The notes below the pieces were generated by a model. It saw nothing but the letters and a program-made list of their open reading frames with translations, did no database searches and was not told where the DNA came from. Below are positions 49,413-61,720 of a stretch of DNA of 64,000 bases, one piece after another (position 1 is the stretch's first letter; each line of letters starts with the position of its first letter). Position numbers and translations under genes: made by a program. Source of the stretch: Leucoraja erinacea (Eukaryota); contig NC_073410.1 in the NCBI RefSeq assembly GCF_028641065.1, positions 17,794,001 to 17,858,000 on the forward strand, read 5' to 3'.

Positions 49413-51900
49413 CTTTCTGTGGGCTCTCTCCACTCAAAGACAGAAGTGCGGAGATCAAGCGCCGGACCTGGGAATGGAGCGCAATCGCAATGTGCATGGG
49501 GTGGGACAGGGGTGACGTGGCATAGAAACGCCCCTTTTCCTAGGGTAACAAATCCAAAAGATGTGGAACTGTATAAAACCAAGGGAGAAATACATCGGGT
49601 AGACACAGAGTCTCTTGCCCAGAGTAATGGATGGAGAACCATAGGACAGGTTCAAATTTAAGTGGAAAAAAATTAATAGGATTTTGAGGCGTGACGTTTT
49701 CGCACATAGGGTGGGGGGGGGGGGGGGGGGGGGGGGGGGTGCGTGAATGGAACAAGCTGCCAGAGGAGGTAGTTGAGGCAGGGACAATCCAAATCCAAAT
49801 ATTTAAGAAACAGTTAGACAGTTACATGGCCCAGAAGCGGTTGAAGTGGAAGGAGCGGCGTCCGGGGAGTGAGTACAAAAACATGGCTTCAGACGGCATA
49901 TCGTTCAAAGGGATTTTACCGGACTTTAAATAGACTTTACTTGCATTAAACGTCATTCCCTTTATCATGCATCGGTACACTATGGTCGGCACGAGTATAA
50001 GCACGTGTGACGTGCAACAACAAATCCGCACTGACCAACACGAACTCACGGTTATCAAACATGTTATCACCCTTTCCAACTCCCACACTGATATTTCCTT
50101 CCTGAGCCTCCTGCTCTATCAGAGTGAGGCTAAACGCAAATTGAAGAACAGAACCATATGTTTTGCTTGGGCAGCTTACCACCCACATTTATCTAAGTTT
50201 AATAACCCTTACATTCGCCATCCCGTCCTTCCCACCTCTATCAACGTCTCTGTTCAACCGACAGTGATATTTCCCCATGTATTTCCCCTCTTCTCTGTAT
50301 CTTCTCTGTATCTCCCTCTCTCGTCCCATCCCCTCACCCCCCCCCCCCCCCTCACCATCTGCCCCTCAACCCCTCCTCTCTCTACCCATATCAGTCCGTT
50401 TCCATTCATCTAGATCTTGGTTTGTTATTGATTTATATATTCACTCCTTNNNNNNNNNNNNNNNNNNNNNNNNNNNNNNNNNNNNNNNNNNNNNNNNNNN
50501 NNNNNNNNNNNNNNNNNNNNNNNNNNNNNNNNNNNNNNNNNNNNNNNNNNNNNNNNNNNNNNNNNNNNNNNNNNNNNNNNNNNNNNNNNNNNNNNNNNNN
50601 NNNNNNNNNNNNNNNNNNNNNNNNNNNNNNNNNNNNNNNNNNNNNNNNNNNNNNNNNNNNNNNNNNNNNNNNNNATCTCTCTTTCTCTCCTGACCTCGTG
50701 TGCTGTCTGTATGGAGTGTGTACCTTCTCGTTGCGACAGTGGGGATTTTTCCGGTGCACCGGTTTCCTCCCTCGTCCCAAAGACATGCGGGTGTCCCTAC
50801 TCGGCTAGAACGGGTAGGAACTTGTGTGAACTAGTGTACCTCCGAGCACAGGACTGCTATTGGTGTTGGTACGATGGTTCAGTTGCCTGATCACAACTGG
50901 GATGAAACTGTCTCTCAATCTGGAAGTATGTTTTTTCACACTTCTGTCTCTCTTCCCTGATGGATGAGGGGAAGAAAAGGAAGTGCCGGAGATGAGACTG
51001 GCCGTTGGTTATGCTGGCAGGAAAAGTATCGATTAATTTAGTTCAGTGATCCAACTTCGGCCCAGCGAGTCTGCGGTGACCAGCGATCTCCGCACCACAC
51101 ACACTACGAACGATTTAGTATTTTATCAAACCAATTCGCCTACAAACCTGTTGTATTTGGTTTACATTAGTTTAGTTGTGTTTAGTTTCGTTTCATGTAA
51201 ATTAGATTAGTCCGCAAAAGACTACAATCAATTCATCCAGAGTGGACCCATAAAGGATACATTTATAATGTTTTGTGCAAGATAAAGTCCAGGAAAGTCC
51301 GATTAAAGTTACTTCGAATGTCTTCAATAAGTAAACGGGTCAGGACCGCTCCCTAGTAGGTGATTAGACGGTGCATTTACCTGATAACATCTGTGAAGAA
51401 ACTGTGTGGAAATAAAACAATTGCCCACAGGTCCCTGTTCAATTTTTCGCCCCCTACCTAAAACCTATGGCCTCAGATTTTTGACTCTTAATTTCCCTAC
51501 ACTAAGGAAAAGTGTGAATTAACCCTATTTATTCCCTTCGTGATTTTATGAACCTCTATAGAACCACACCACATCCTCCTGCGCTCGAATACTCGCCTGG
51601 CCAATCACTCCCTATAGCTCAGGCCCTCGAGTCCTGGCAACATCTTCGTAAATCATCTCAGCAGTTCCCCAGCTTAACAACAACTTTCCCATAACAGGGT
51701 CTCCAAAAGTGAACATCGTGCTACAAATGTATGGTAATCCAAATGTAGTCTTAACAATTGCTCGTGCAATAGTAACATCAACTCCAAGCCTTTACACCCA
51801 ATATCCTGTCTGATCAAGGCAAATGTGCCAAAGTCATCTTCGTGGCCCTGTCTACCTTTGACAACGATTTCACATACATTTGTAGAGGTAAGGGGACATT

Positions 51901-54488
51901 ACCATATATAACCATATAACCATATAACAATTACAGCACGGAAACAGGCCATCTCGACCCTTCTGGTCCGTGCCGAACACGTATTCTCCCCTAGTCCCAT
52001 ACACCTGCGTTCAGACCATAACCCTCCATACCTTTCCCGTCCATATAACTATCCAATTTATTTTAAAATGATAAAAACGAACCTGCCTCCACCACCTTCA
52101 CTGGAAGCTCATTCCACACAGCCACCACTCTCTGAGTAAATAAGTTCCCCTCATGTTACCCCTAAACTTCTGTCCCTTAATTCTCAAGTCATGTCCCCTT
52201 GTTTGAATCTTCCCTACTCTCAGTGGGAAAAGCGTATCCACGTCTATCCCTCTCATCATTTTAAAGACCTCTATCAAGTCCTCCCTTAACCTTCTGCGCT
52301 CCAAAGTATAAAGTCCTAACTTGTTCAACCTTTCTCTGTAACTTAGTTGCTGAAACCCAGGCAACATTTTAGTAAATCTCCTCTGTACTATCTCTATTTT
52401 GTTGACATACATCCTATAATTAGGCGACCAAAATTGTACACCATACTCCAAAATTGGCCTCACCAATGCCTTGAACAATTTTAACAGTACATCCCAACTT
52501 CTATACTCAATGCCCTGATTTATAAAGGCCAGCACACCAAAAGCGTTCTTTACCACCCTATCTACATGAGATTCCCCTTTCAGGGAACTGTGCACAGTTA
52601 TTCCCAGACCCCTCTGTTCACCTGCATTCTTCAATTCCCTACCATTTAACATGCACGTCCTATTTTGATTTGTCCTGCCAAGATGTAGCACCTCACACTT
52701 ATCAGCATTAAACTCCATCTGCCATCTTTCAGCCCACTCTTCCAACTGGCATAAATCTCTCAGTAGACTTTGAAAATCTACTTCATTATCCACAACCCCA
52801 CCTATCTTAGTATTATCTGCATTACTAATCCAATTTACCACACCATCATCCAGATCATTGATGTACATGACAAACAACAGTGGACCCAACACAGATCCCT
52901 GTGGCACCCCACTAGTCAGTGGCCTCCAACCTGACAATCAGCCATCCACCATTACTCTCTGGCATCTCCCATTCAGCCACTGTTGAATCCATCTTGCTAC
53001 TCCTCCATTAATCCCCAACCATTGAACCTTCTTAACCAACCTTCCGTGAGGAACCTTGTCAAACTAACTGGTCTATAATTGCTAGGTTTACTCTTAGACC
53101 CCTTTTTATACAATGGAACAACATGCGCAGTACGCCAATCCTCCGGCACTATTCCCGTTTATAACCATATAACCATGTAACAATTACAGCACGGAAACAG
53201 GCCATCTCGGCCCTACAAGTCCATGCCGAACACATTTTTCCCCCTTAGTCCCACCTGCCTGCACTCGTTCCATAACCCTCCATTCCCTTCTCATCCATAT
53301 GCCTATCCAATTTATTTTTAAATGATACCAATGAGCCTGCCTCCACCACTTCCACTGGGAGCTCATTCCACACCGCCTCCACTCTCTGCGTAAAGAAGTT
53401 CCCCCTCATATTACCCCTAAACTTCTGTCCCTTAATTCTGAAGTCATGTCCTCTTGTTTGAATCTTCCCTATTCTCAAAGGGAAAAGCTTGTCCACATCA
53501 ACTCTCTCTATCCCTCTCATCATTTTAAAGACCTCTATCAGGTCCCCCCTTAACCTTCTGCGCTCCAAAGAATAAAGCCCTAACTTGTTTCTAACGACAT
53601 TTGAAATATTTCTGTCATAGCCCCTGCTATTTCTACACTAACTTCCCTCAATGTCCTAGGAAATATCCTGTCCGGACCTGGAGACTTATCCACTTTTATA
53701 TTTCTCAAAAGTGTCAGTACTTCCTCTTCTTTGATCATCATAGTTTCCATAGCTGCTCTACTTGTTTCCCTTACCTCACATAATTCAATATCCTTCTCCT
53801 TGGTGAATACCGAAGAAAATAAATTGTCCACTCTGACTCTCTAATGGACCAACTTTATCCCTCGTTATCCTTTTGCTATTAATATTGCTGTAGAAACCCT
53901 TAGAATTTACTTTCACCTTACATGCCAAAGCAACCTCATATCTTCTTTTAGCTTTTCTAATTTATTTCTTGAGATTATTTTTACATTCTTTATTCTCCTC
54001 AAGCACCTCCTTTACTCCATGCTGCCTATAATTATTGTAGATCTCTCTCTTTTTCCGAACCGTGTCCAATTTCCCTTGAAAACCATTTATCTTTCCAATT
54101 TTTACTATTTCCTTTCAACTGAACAGGGACATAAAGATTCTGTACTCTTAAAATTTCCCATAAAACAAACTGTCCCAATTTACTCCTTTTAAATCCTTTC
54201 TCATCATCAAATTAAGCTTTTCTCCAATCAAAAATCTCAACCCTAGGTCCAGTTCTGATCCTCTCCATAATTATATTGAAACTAATGGTATTGTGATCAC
54301 TGGTCCCGAACTGTTCCCCAACACATACCTCTGCCACCTGACCCGTCTCATTTCCTAACAGGAGGTACAACACTGCCCCTTCTCTAGTAGGTACTTCTAG
54401 GTATTGCTGCAAAAAACTACCCTGCACACATTTTACAAACTCCAACCCATCCAGCCCATTTACAGAATGTGTTTCCCAGTCTATGTGT
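51901..54488 (-). mobile_element. CR1 LINE (AACCATAT-tail subfamily) with nested tail at about 53160-53590
   Basis: RT: SGVPQGSVLGP..YINDL..RPILEYGVQFWSP. TSD GGACATT at 51894-51900 and 54489-54495; empty paralogous site near 40236. Confidence 0.9.
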
Positions 54489-54709
54489 GGACATTGTAAT
54501 GGGACCCCTAACACCGTATGTTATACTTGCCTTCTTCGGTCGTGGAATTGAGTATAAGTGTCTGGAAGTCACAATGCAGATTTATAGGATATTGAGCCGG
54601 TCGTATTTGGAATATTGCGTATAGTTCTGGTCGATCCCATTACAGGAAGCATGTGAAGGCTTTGGAGAGGGTGCGGAAGAGGCATACCAGAATGATACCT
54701 GCATTAGAT

Positions 54710-55387
54710 GGTACCCGGAAGTGGGGGCGCTGCCCTGGCAGCAGCGGTTCGCCTGCAGTCCTTTTTGTCTTTACTTGAGGGCAGCCTGGCGCGGGGCTGA
54801 GACTCTCCCGTGAGGGTCTGTGGCACTCCAGTCGGAGCGGCCTATCCCGAGGGTGGAACGGCGCTCCACTCGGAGCGGCCCAGCTCGAGGGAGGTACGGC
54901 GCTACCGTCGGGGCGGCCCAGCTCGAGGGATGAACGGCACTCACGTGAGGGTGAACCGAATCGGGGCTGGAACGGTGCTCCGGTGGCTGGGACGGCGTTC
55001 TGGCGGCGGTGAACTGGGTCCAGGGTTCAGCCGCGGGCCAGCGGCTGCCTTCGCTGGACTGGAGGGCGGCAGCTTCGACCACCCCGTGCCGCGGTGGTTG
55101 AGCTGGCCCGTTTGCGGGGTTCGGTGAGCCGCGGGACAGTTTGTTCCATCGCCCGGTGGGGTATCGCCTCAGCGCACAGGGAGAAGAGGAGGGAAGAGAC
55201 TGCAGCCCTAAGATTTTGCCTCCACCACAGTGAGGAGGTGCTTGGAGGACTCACTGTGGTGGCCGTCAATTTGTGTTTATTGTTGTTTATTATTGTATTA
55301 TTGTATGTGTGACTGCAGGCACGAAATTTCCTTCAGACCGTAAGGTCTGAATGACAATAAAGGTAATTCTAAAATTCTAATTCTAAT
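54710..55387 (+). mobile_element. Unclassified GC-rich retroposon-like insertion
   Basis: Absent from the paralogous V3 flank (about 43215-43235). Ends with AATAAA and an (ATTCTA)n tail. Confidence 0.55.
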
Positions 55388-55890
55388 CTTATACGTCTCA
55401 TTAAGAAAACACNNNNNNNNNNNNNNNNNNNNNNNNNNNNNNNNNNNNNNNNNNNNNNNNNNNNNNNNNNNNNNNNNNNNNNNNNNNNNNNNNNNNNNNN
55501 NNNNNNNNNNNNNNNNNNNNNNNNNNNNNNNNNNNNNNNNNNNNNNNNNNNNNNNNNNNNNNNNNNNNNNNNNNNNNNNNNNNNNNNNNNNNNNNNNNNN
55601 NNNNNNNNNNNNNNNNNNNNNNNNNNNNNNNNNNNNNNNNNNNNNNNNNNNTTAGAGTATTATGTTTGCATACGCTGTGCTGCTGCAAGTGTAAATTCCA
55701 TTGCCTCGTTTGGGACATACGACAATAAAAACAGTATTTAATCACTCCGGCATCTGCAGTTCCTTTTATCTGGAGATGATTCACATCGGCCCCGCTGGAG
55801 GTCGCACCGCTCCCGGGCTTCTCAGCCCAGGTGCGGGACACCTGTTCTCCAATCGACAGTCACCTACACCAATTTGTAAAAGGCGAGGAG

Positions 55891-55929
55891 GGTTTTTGTC
55901 AACCTCGGCCGCCTCGCCGCGTCGCTGTG
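55891..55929 (-). promoter_or_regulatory. 23-RSS of V5
   Basis: CACAGCG (55929-55923), 23 nt, ACAAAAACC (55899-55891). Confidence 0.95.
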
Positions 55930-56951
55930 TAGCCTCCATGCGCAGAAATACAGGGCTGAGTCATTCGCCACCAGGCTGGTGAACATCAGATCGAACCGGT
56001 TCTTTGTTCTGACCGCTGAGAGACCGTTCGTCGTCTCTTTCGGTTCCACGTGCGTCTGACTTATGGAATAGAACAGGTCCCGGAGCCCCCCTCCGGCGGA
56101 CTGTCCGTACCAGTACATATAGTCACTGTCGCTCCCTCCCTCCGCCGTGCAGCGTAGTTCCAATGCATTCCCGGGTACTCTAGAAAAGGTGGTTGGATTC
56201 TGGCTGACGGTCACCGAGTTCACATCTGGAAATAGAGAGACAAAGAGTGGGGAGAGTGAAAAAGAAGGGGGCAGGGTTTGAACGACGGACTTTAGAGGGA
56301 GGGGCAATAAATTGGGAGAGATGCGGTGTAGGAGGACGTGGGGAGTTTGAGAGAAAGATGGGTAGTGCGAGGGAGAGGGGGAGACATTGAGTGATGTGAA
56401 GATGGAGAGGTAGAATCAGCGGGAGGAGAAGAGGAGGGGGTAGAGATGGGGAGATATTGGAGACATCGGGAAATGTGGAGATGGAGAGACAATTTAAAGA
56501 GATAAGAGTGGAGGACAGGTTATAGAGAGGGCCAGAGGACACAGAGATGCGGTGTGAGGGAGATAGATTGTAGCGAGAGTGGAGACGAAGGAGTGTGTAG
56601 AGAGGAAGAGGGGGATTGAGAGAGATGGGCTAAGGTGAGATATTGGTGAGACAGATAATAAGTGTGGAGTAGAATTAGAGGATACGACAGAGATTCGGAG
56701 AAGTAGTGAGAAAACAGAGAGAGGTGAGATGAAGGGGTAAGTTTGAGAGAGACAGGAAAGATATTGAAGGAGAGGGAGAGATAAAGAATAAAGGGGAAGG
56801 AAAGAGAGATAGAGGAGAGAGAGAATGACAGCGGGAGAGAAACAGGGAAAGATAAATGCAGAGAGAAGTGAACGGCAGGGGGAGAAAGAAGGGCGTTCGG
56901 TGAATCCCACTTACAATGAAACCAGGTCCCCACAGCGAGGAGGATAAACAT
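55930..56951 (-). CDS. TRBV: TCR beta V segment V5, apparently functional
   Basis: Leader 56951-56915 (MFILLAVGTWFH+T, GTAAGT). Acceptor ccAG at 56227-56226. V exon 56225-55930 open, ending DSALYFCAWRL. Confidence 0.93.
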
Positions 56952-58074
56952 CTTTCTGAGGGCTCTCTCCACTCAATGACAGAAGTGAGGAGATCGAGCG
57001 CCGGTCGTCGGACTGGAGCGGAATCGCACGTGGCATAGAACCGCCCCTTCACCAAGGGTAACCAATCCGAATCATGTGGAAATGTATAAAACCATGAGAG
57101 TAATGCATCGGGTAGACGCACAGAGTCTCTTGCCCACAGTAGTGAATCGAGGACCAGAGGACAGGTTCAACGTGAAGTGGAAAATATTTAATAGGAATCT
57201 GAGGGGTAACTTTTTCGCACATAGAGTGGTGCATGTGTGGAACAAGCTGCCAGAGGATTTAGTTGAGGCAGGGACAATCCCCACATTTAAGAAACATTTA
57301 GACGATTACATGGATAGGACAGGTTTCGTGGGATATGGACCAAACGCGGTGAAGTGAGGTTAGTGTAGCTGGGACATGTTGGCCGTTGTGGGCAAGTTGG
57401 GCCGAAGTTGGCCATACTGTATCACTCTGTGACTTCATGCCTCACGTAGATATGGACTCGGGACGACTCACGGTGGAGTTTGACATTAAATATANNNNNN
57501 NNNNNNNNNNNNNNNNNNNNNNNNNNNNNNNNNNNNNNNNNNNNNNNNNNNNNNNNNNNNNNNNNNNNNNNNNNNNNNNNNNNNNNNNNNNNNNNNNNNN
57601 NNNNNNNNNNNNNNNNNNNNNNNNNNNNNNNNNNNNNNNNNNNNNNNNNNNNNNNNNNNNNNNNNNNNNNNNNNNNNNNNNNNNNNNNNNNNNNNNNNNN
57701 NNNNNNNNNNNNNNNNNNNNNNNNNNNNNNNNNNNNNNNNNNNNNNNNNNNNNNNNNNNNNNNNNNNNNNNNNNNNNNNNNNNNNNNNNNNNNNNNNNNN
57801 NNNNNNNNNNNNNNNNNNNNNNNNNNNNNNNNNNNNNNNNNNNNNNNNNNNNNNNNNNNNNNNNNNNNNNNNNNNNNNNNNNNNNNNNNNNNNNNNNNNN
57901 NNNNNNNNNNNNNNNNNNNNNNNNNNNNNNNNNNNNNNNNNNNNNNNNNNNNNNNNNNNNNNNNNNNNNNNNNNNNNNNNNNNNNNNNNTTCTCTCTCTC
58001 TTTCGTTTTCTCTCTCTTTCGTCCTCTTTCACCACATCTTCTTCCTTTCCCCGCTCCTAAACTCAAATCAGTTT

Positions 58075-59090
58075 GCTATGAATGCTAACATTCCATTCGC
58101 TTTCTGCACCACCTGCTGCACCCAGTCTAGAATGGCATGTTGGTTCCACTACATGTTGGTTTAGAAAACTATCCCGCATACATTCCAAGAAATCCTCTTC
58201 CTCAGCACCCCTGCCAATTTGATTCATCCAATCCATATTTGGATTGACGTCACCCATTATAACTGTTTTACCTTTGTTGCACGCATTTCTAATTTCCAGT
58301 TTGATGCCATCACCAACTCCACTACTACTGTTAGGTGGCCTGAACACAACTCGCACTAGCGTTTTCTGCCCCTTAGTATTTCGTTGCTCTACCCATATCG
58401 ATTCCACATCCTCCAAGCTAATGTCCTTCCTTTCTATTGCGTTAATCTCCTCTCTAGCCAGCAACGCTTCCCCGCTTCGTTTCATTTCTGTATATCCCAC
58501 CCTCCTGGATAGGCATATGGATGAGAAGGGAATTGAGGGTTATGGTATGAGTGCAGGCAGGTGGGACTAAGGGGAAAAAGTTGTTCGGCACGTACTTGTA
58601 GGGCCGAGATGGCCTGTTTCTGTGCTGTAATTGTTTTACAGCACGGTCACCCTGGAGCCATGTCTCCGTGATCCTAACTATATCATATTCTTTAATAGCT
58701 ATCTGCACATTCAACTCATCCACCTTATTAGGAATGCTCCTTGTATTAAGATACAAAGCCTTCAGGCTTGTTTTTACAACACTCTTACCCCTTATACAAT
58801 TAAGTTGAAAAGTGGCCCTTTTTGATTTTTGCCCGGAATCTGTCTGCCTGCCACTTTTACTTTTCACCCTGCTACCTAACGCATCTACCCTCATGTTACA
58901 CCCCTCTGTCTCTCCGCTCAGACATTTAACAAACCCTTTCCCTTTAACTCCATCCTCGACTATGCCATTTGACACCCCACCACCTTATTCAGTTTAAAAC
59001 CACCAGTGGAGCAGTAGTAAACATGCATGCCAGAATGCTGGTTCCCCACCTGTTAAGATGCAATCCATCTCTTTTGTAAAGTTTCCCCTG
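58075..59090 (-). mobile_element. CR1 ORF2 N-terminal (APE) fragments
   Basis: ALYLNTRSIPNKVDEL..ITETWL and VFRPPNS..MGD, near-identical to 13400-14130. Confidence 0.85.
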
Positions 59091-59379
59091 ACCGTATATT
59101 TCAGTGTCCTTGACCTCCCATATACGGAAAACATCACACTGAATCAGCTTGTCTTACAAATCAAATTCTTCAGCTTTCAACTGTTTTCCCCCTCGGACTC
59201 ACTTCTAACTCTCCTCCCACTTGGCTAGAGCCAATGTGTGTTTTATCCTGCTTGTCTTTGTTGCTGTTGCTTGTAAATCTCAGTAAGTCTGCCTGTGCTT
59301 TGCCTCTCCTTTTCAACTGTTTTCCCCCTCTGACTCACTTCTAACTCTCCCCCACTTGGGCTAGAGCGCAATATACATA

Positions 59380-61671
59380 TAGATTGGGCGAATCAAATTG
59401 TCAGGGGTGCTGAGGAAGAGGATTGCTTGGAAGGTATGCGGGATAGTTTTCGGTGACATAATCAATTCAGAAACAAGGGGTCTGGACTTAAAGAAACGTA
59501 ACTTTGAGGGTATGAGGCGTGAATTGGCCAAGATGGACTGGCGATTGATTCTTAAAGGGTTGACGGTGGATATGCAATGGAAGGCATTTAAAGACTGCAT
59601 GGATTAACTACAACGAATGTTCATCCCACGTTGGCAAAAATAATAAATCAGGGAAGATAGTGCATCCGTGGATAACAAGGGCAATCCGGGATAGTATAAA
59701 AACAAAAGATGAAGCAAGCAAATTAGCCAGAAAAAGCAGCCTACCAGAGGACTTGGAGGAACAGTCCAGCAGAGGAGGACAAAGTGCTTAATTAGGAAAG
59801 GGAAAATAGATTATGGAAGAAAACTGGCAGGGATCATAAAAACTGCCTGCAAACGTTTTTTATAGATATGCGAAGAGAAAAAAAGATTAGTTAAAACAAA
59901 TGTATCCCAGAGTATTCAAGGAAGTAGCCCCGAAAATAGTGGATGCATTAGTGATAATTTTTCAAAATTCTTTAGATTCTGGAGTAGTTCCTGAGGATTG
60001 GAGGGTAGCTAATGTACACCACTTTTTAAAAAGGGAGGGAGAGAGAAAACGGGGAATTACAGACATGTTATTCTAACATGTCGGTAATTCCCCCTGGATT
60101 TCCCCCTTAAGGATAAGGGGGAAATCCTTTAAAACCGAAATGAGAAGAACGTTTTTCACACAGAGAGTGGTGAATCTCTGGAACTCTCTGCCACAGAGGG
60201 TAGTTGAGGCCAGTTCATTGGCTATATTTAAGAGGGAGTTAGATGTGGCCCTTGTGGCTAAGGGGATCAGGAGGTATGGAGAGAAGGCAGGTACGGGATA
60301 CTGAGTTGGATGATCAGCCATAATCATATTGAATGGCGGTGCAGGCTCGAAGGGCCGAATGGCCCATTCCTGCACCTAATTTCTATGTTTCTATGTCTAT
60401 GTAACATCGGTATTGGGAAAACTGTAGAGTAAGTTATTAATGATGGGATAGCAGCACATTTGGAACGTGGTGAAATAATTAGACACAGTCAGCATGGATT
60501 TATGAAAGGTAAATCATGTCTGAGGAATCTTATATATTTTTTCGAGGTTGTAACCCGTACAGTGGATAAGGGAGAACCAGTGGATGTATTATATGTGGAC
60601 ATTCTGATCTCTTATGTGGCTTTCGACAAGGTCCCACATAAGAGATCAGTATACAAACTTAAAGCACACGGTATTGGGGTTTCAGTATTGATGTGGATAG
60701 AGAACTGGCTGGCAGACAGGAAGCAAAGTGTAGGAGTAATCGAGTCCTTTTCAGAATGGCAGGCAGTGACTAGTGGTACCGCAAGGCTCAGTGCTGGGAC
60801 CCCAGCTATTTACAACATAGATTAATGATTTGGACGAGGGAATTGAATGCAACATCTCCAAGTTTCCAGGTGACACGAAGCTGGGGGACAGTGTTAGCTG
60901 TGAGGAGGATGCTAGGAGGCTGCAAGGTGTCTTGGATAGGTTGGGTGAGTGGGCACATGCATGGTAGATGCAGTATAATGTGGATAAATGTGAGGTTATC
61001 CACTTTGGTGGCACAGACAGGAAAGTGGAATATTTTCCGAATGGTGGCCGATTAGGAAAGGGGGGAGATGCAACGAGACCTGGGTGTCATGGTACACAAG
61101 TTATTGAAAGTAGGCATGCAGGTGCATCAGGCAGTGAATAGAGCTGTTAGGTCTGTTAGCATCCATTGCAAAATGATTTGTGTCTAGGAGCATGGAGGTT
61201 CGACTGCAGCTGTACAAGGTCTTGGTGAGACCACACCTGTAATATTGCGTACAGATTTCGTCTCCTAATTTCAGCAAATACATTATTGCCATAGAGGGAG
61301 TACATAGAAGGTTCACCAGACTGATTCCTGGGATGTCAGGACTTTCATATGAAGAAAGACTGGATAGACTCGGCGTGTACTCGCTAGAATTTAGATGATT
61401 GAGGGGGGATCATATAGAAACTTACAACATTCTTAAGAGGTTGGACAGTTTAGATGCAGGAATATTGTTCCCGATGTCGGTGAAGTCCAGAACAAGGGGA
61501 CACAGTTTAAGGATAAGGTGGAAATCTTTTTGGACTTAAATGAGAAAATCTGGAATTCTCTGCCACAGAAGGTAGTTGAGACTAGTTCATTGGCTATATT
61601 TAAGAGGGAGTTAGATGTGGCCCTTGTGGCAAAAGGGTTCAGGAGGTATGAAGAGAATGCAGGTACAGGAT

Positions 61672-61674
<3 letters not shown>
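59380..61674 (+). mobile_element. Degenerate, internally deleted CR1 with nested 3' piece (about 60105-60400); tail resumes at 63000-63100
   Basis: QHGFMKGKSC..AFDKVPH..WIENWL and CR1 3' sequence. Confidence 0.85.

Positions 61675-61720
<46 letters not shown>

Noticed and set aside
40648-56307. IgH, IgNAR or NAR-TCR identity for the V segments
   Set aside because: No octamer seen in the promoters, no adjacent D-J-C cluster, and no leaderless supporting V. The CAWS ending and FYS motif fit TCR beta.
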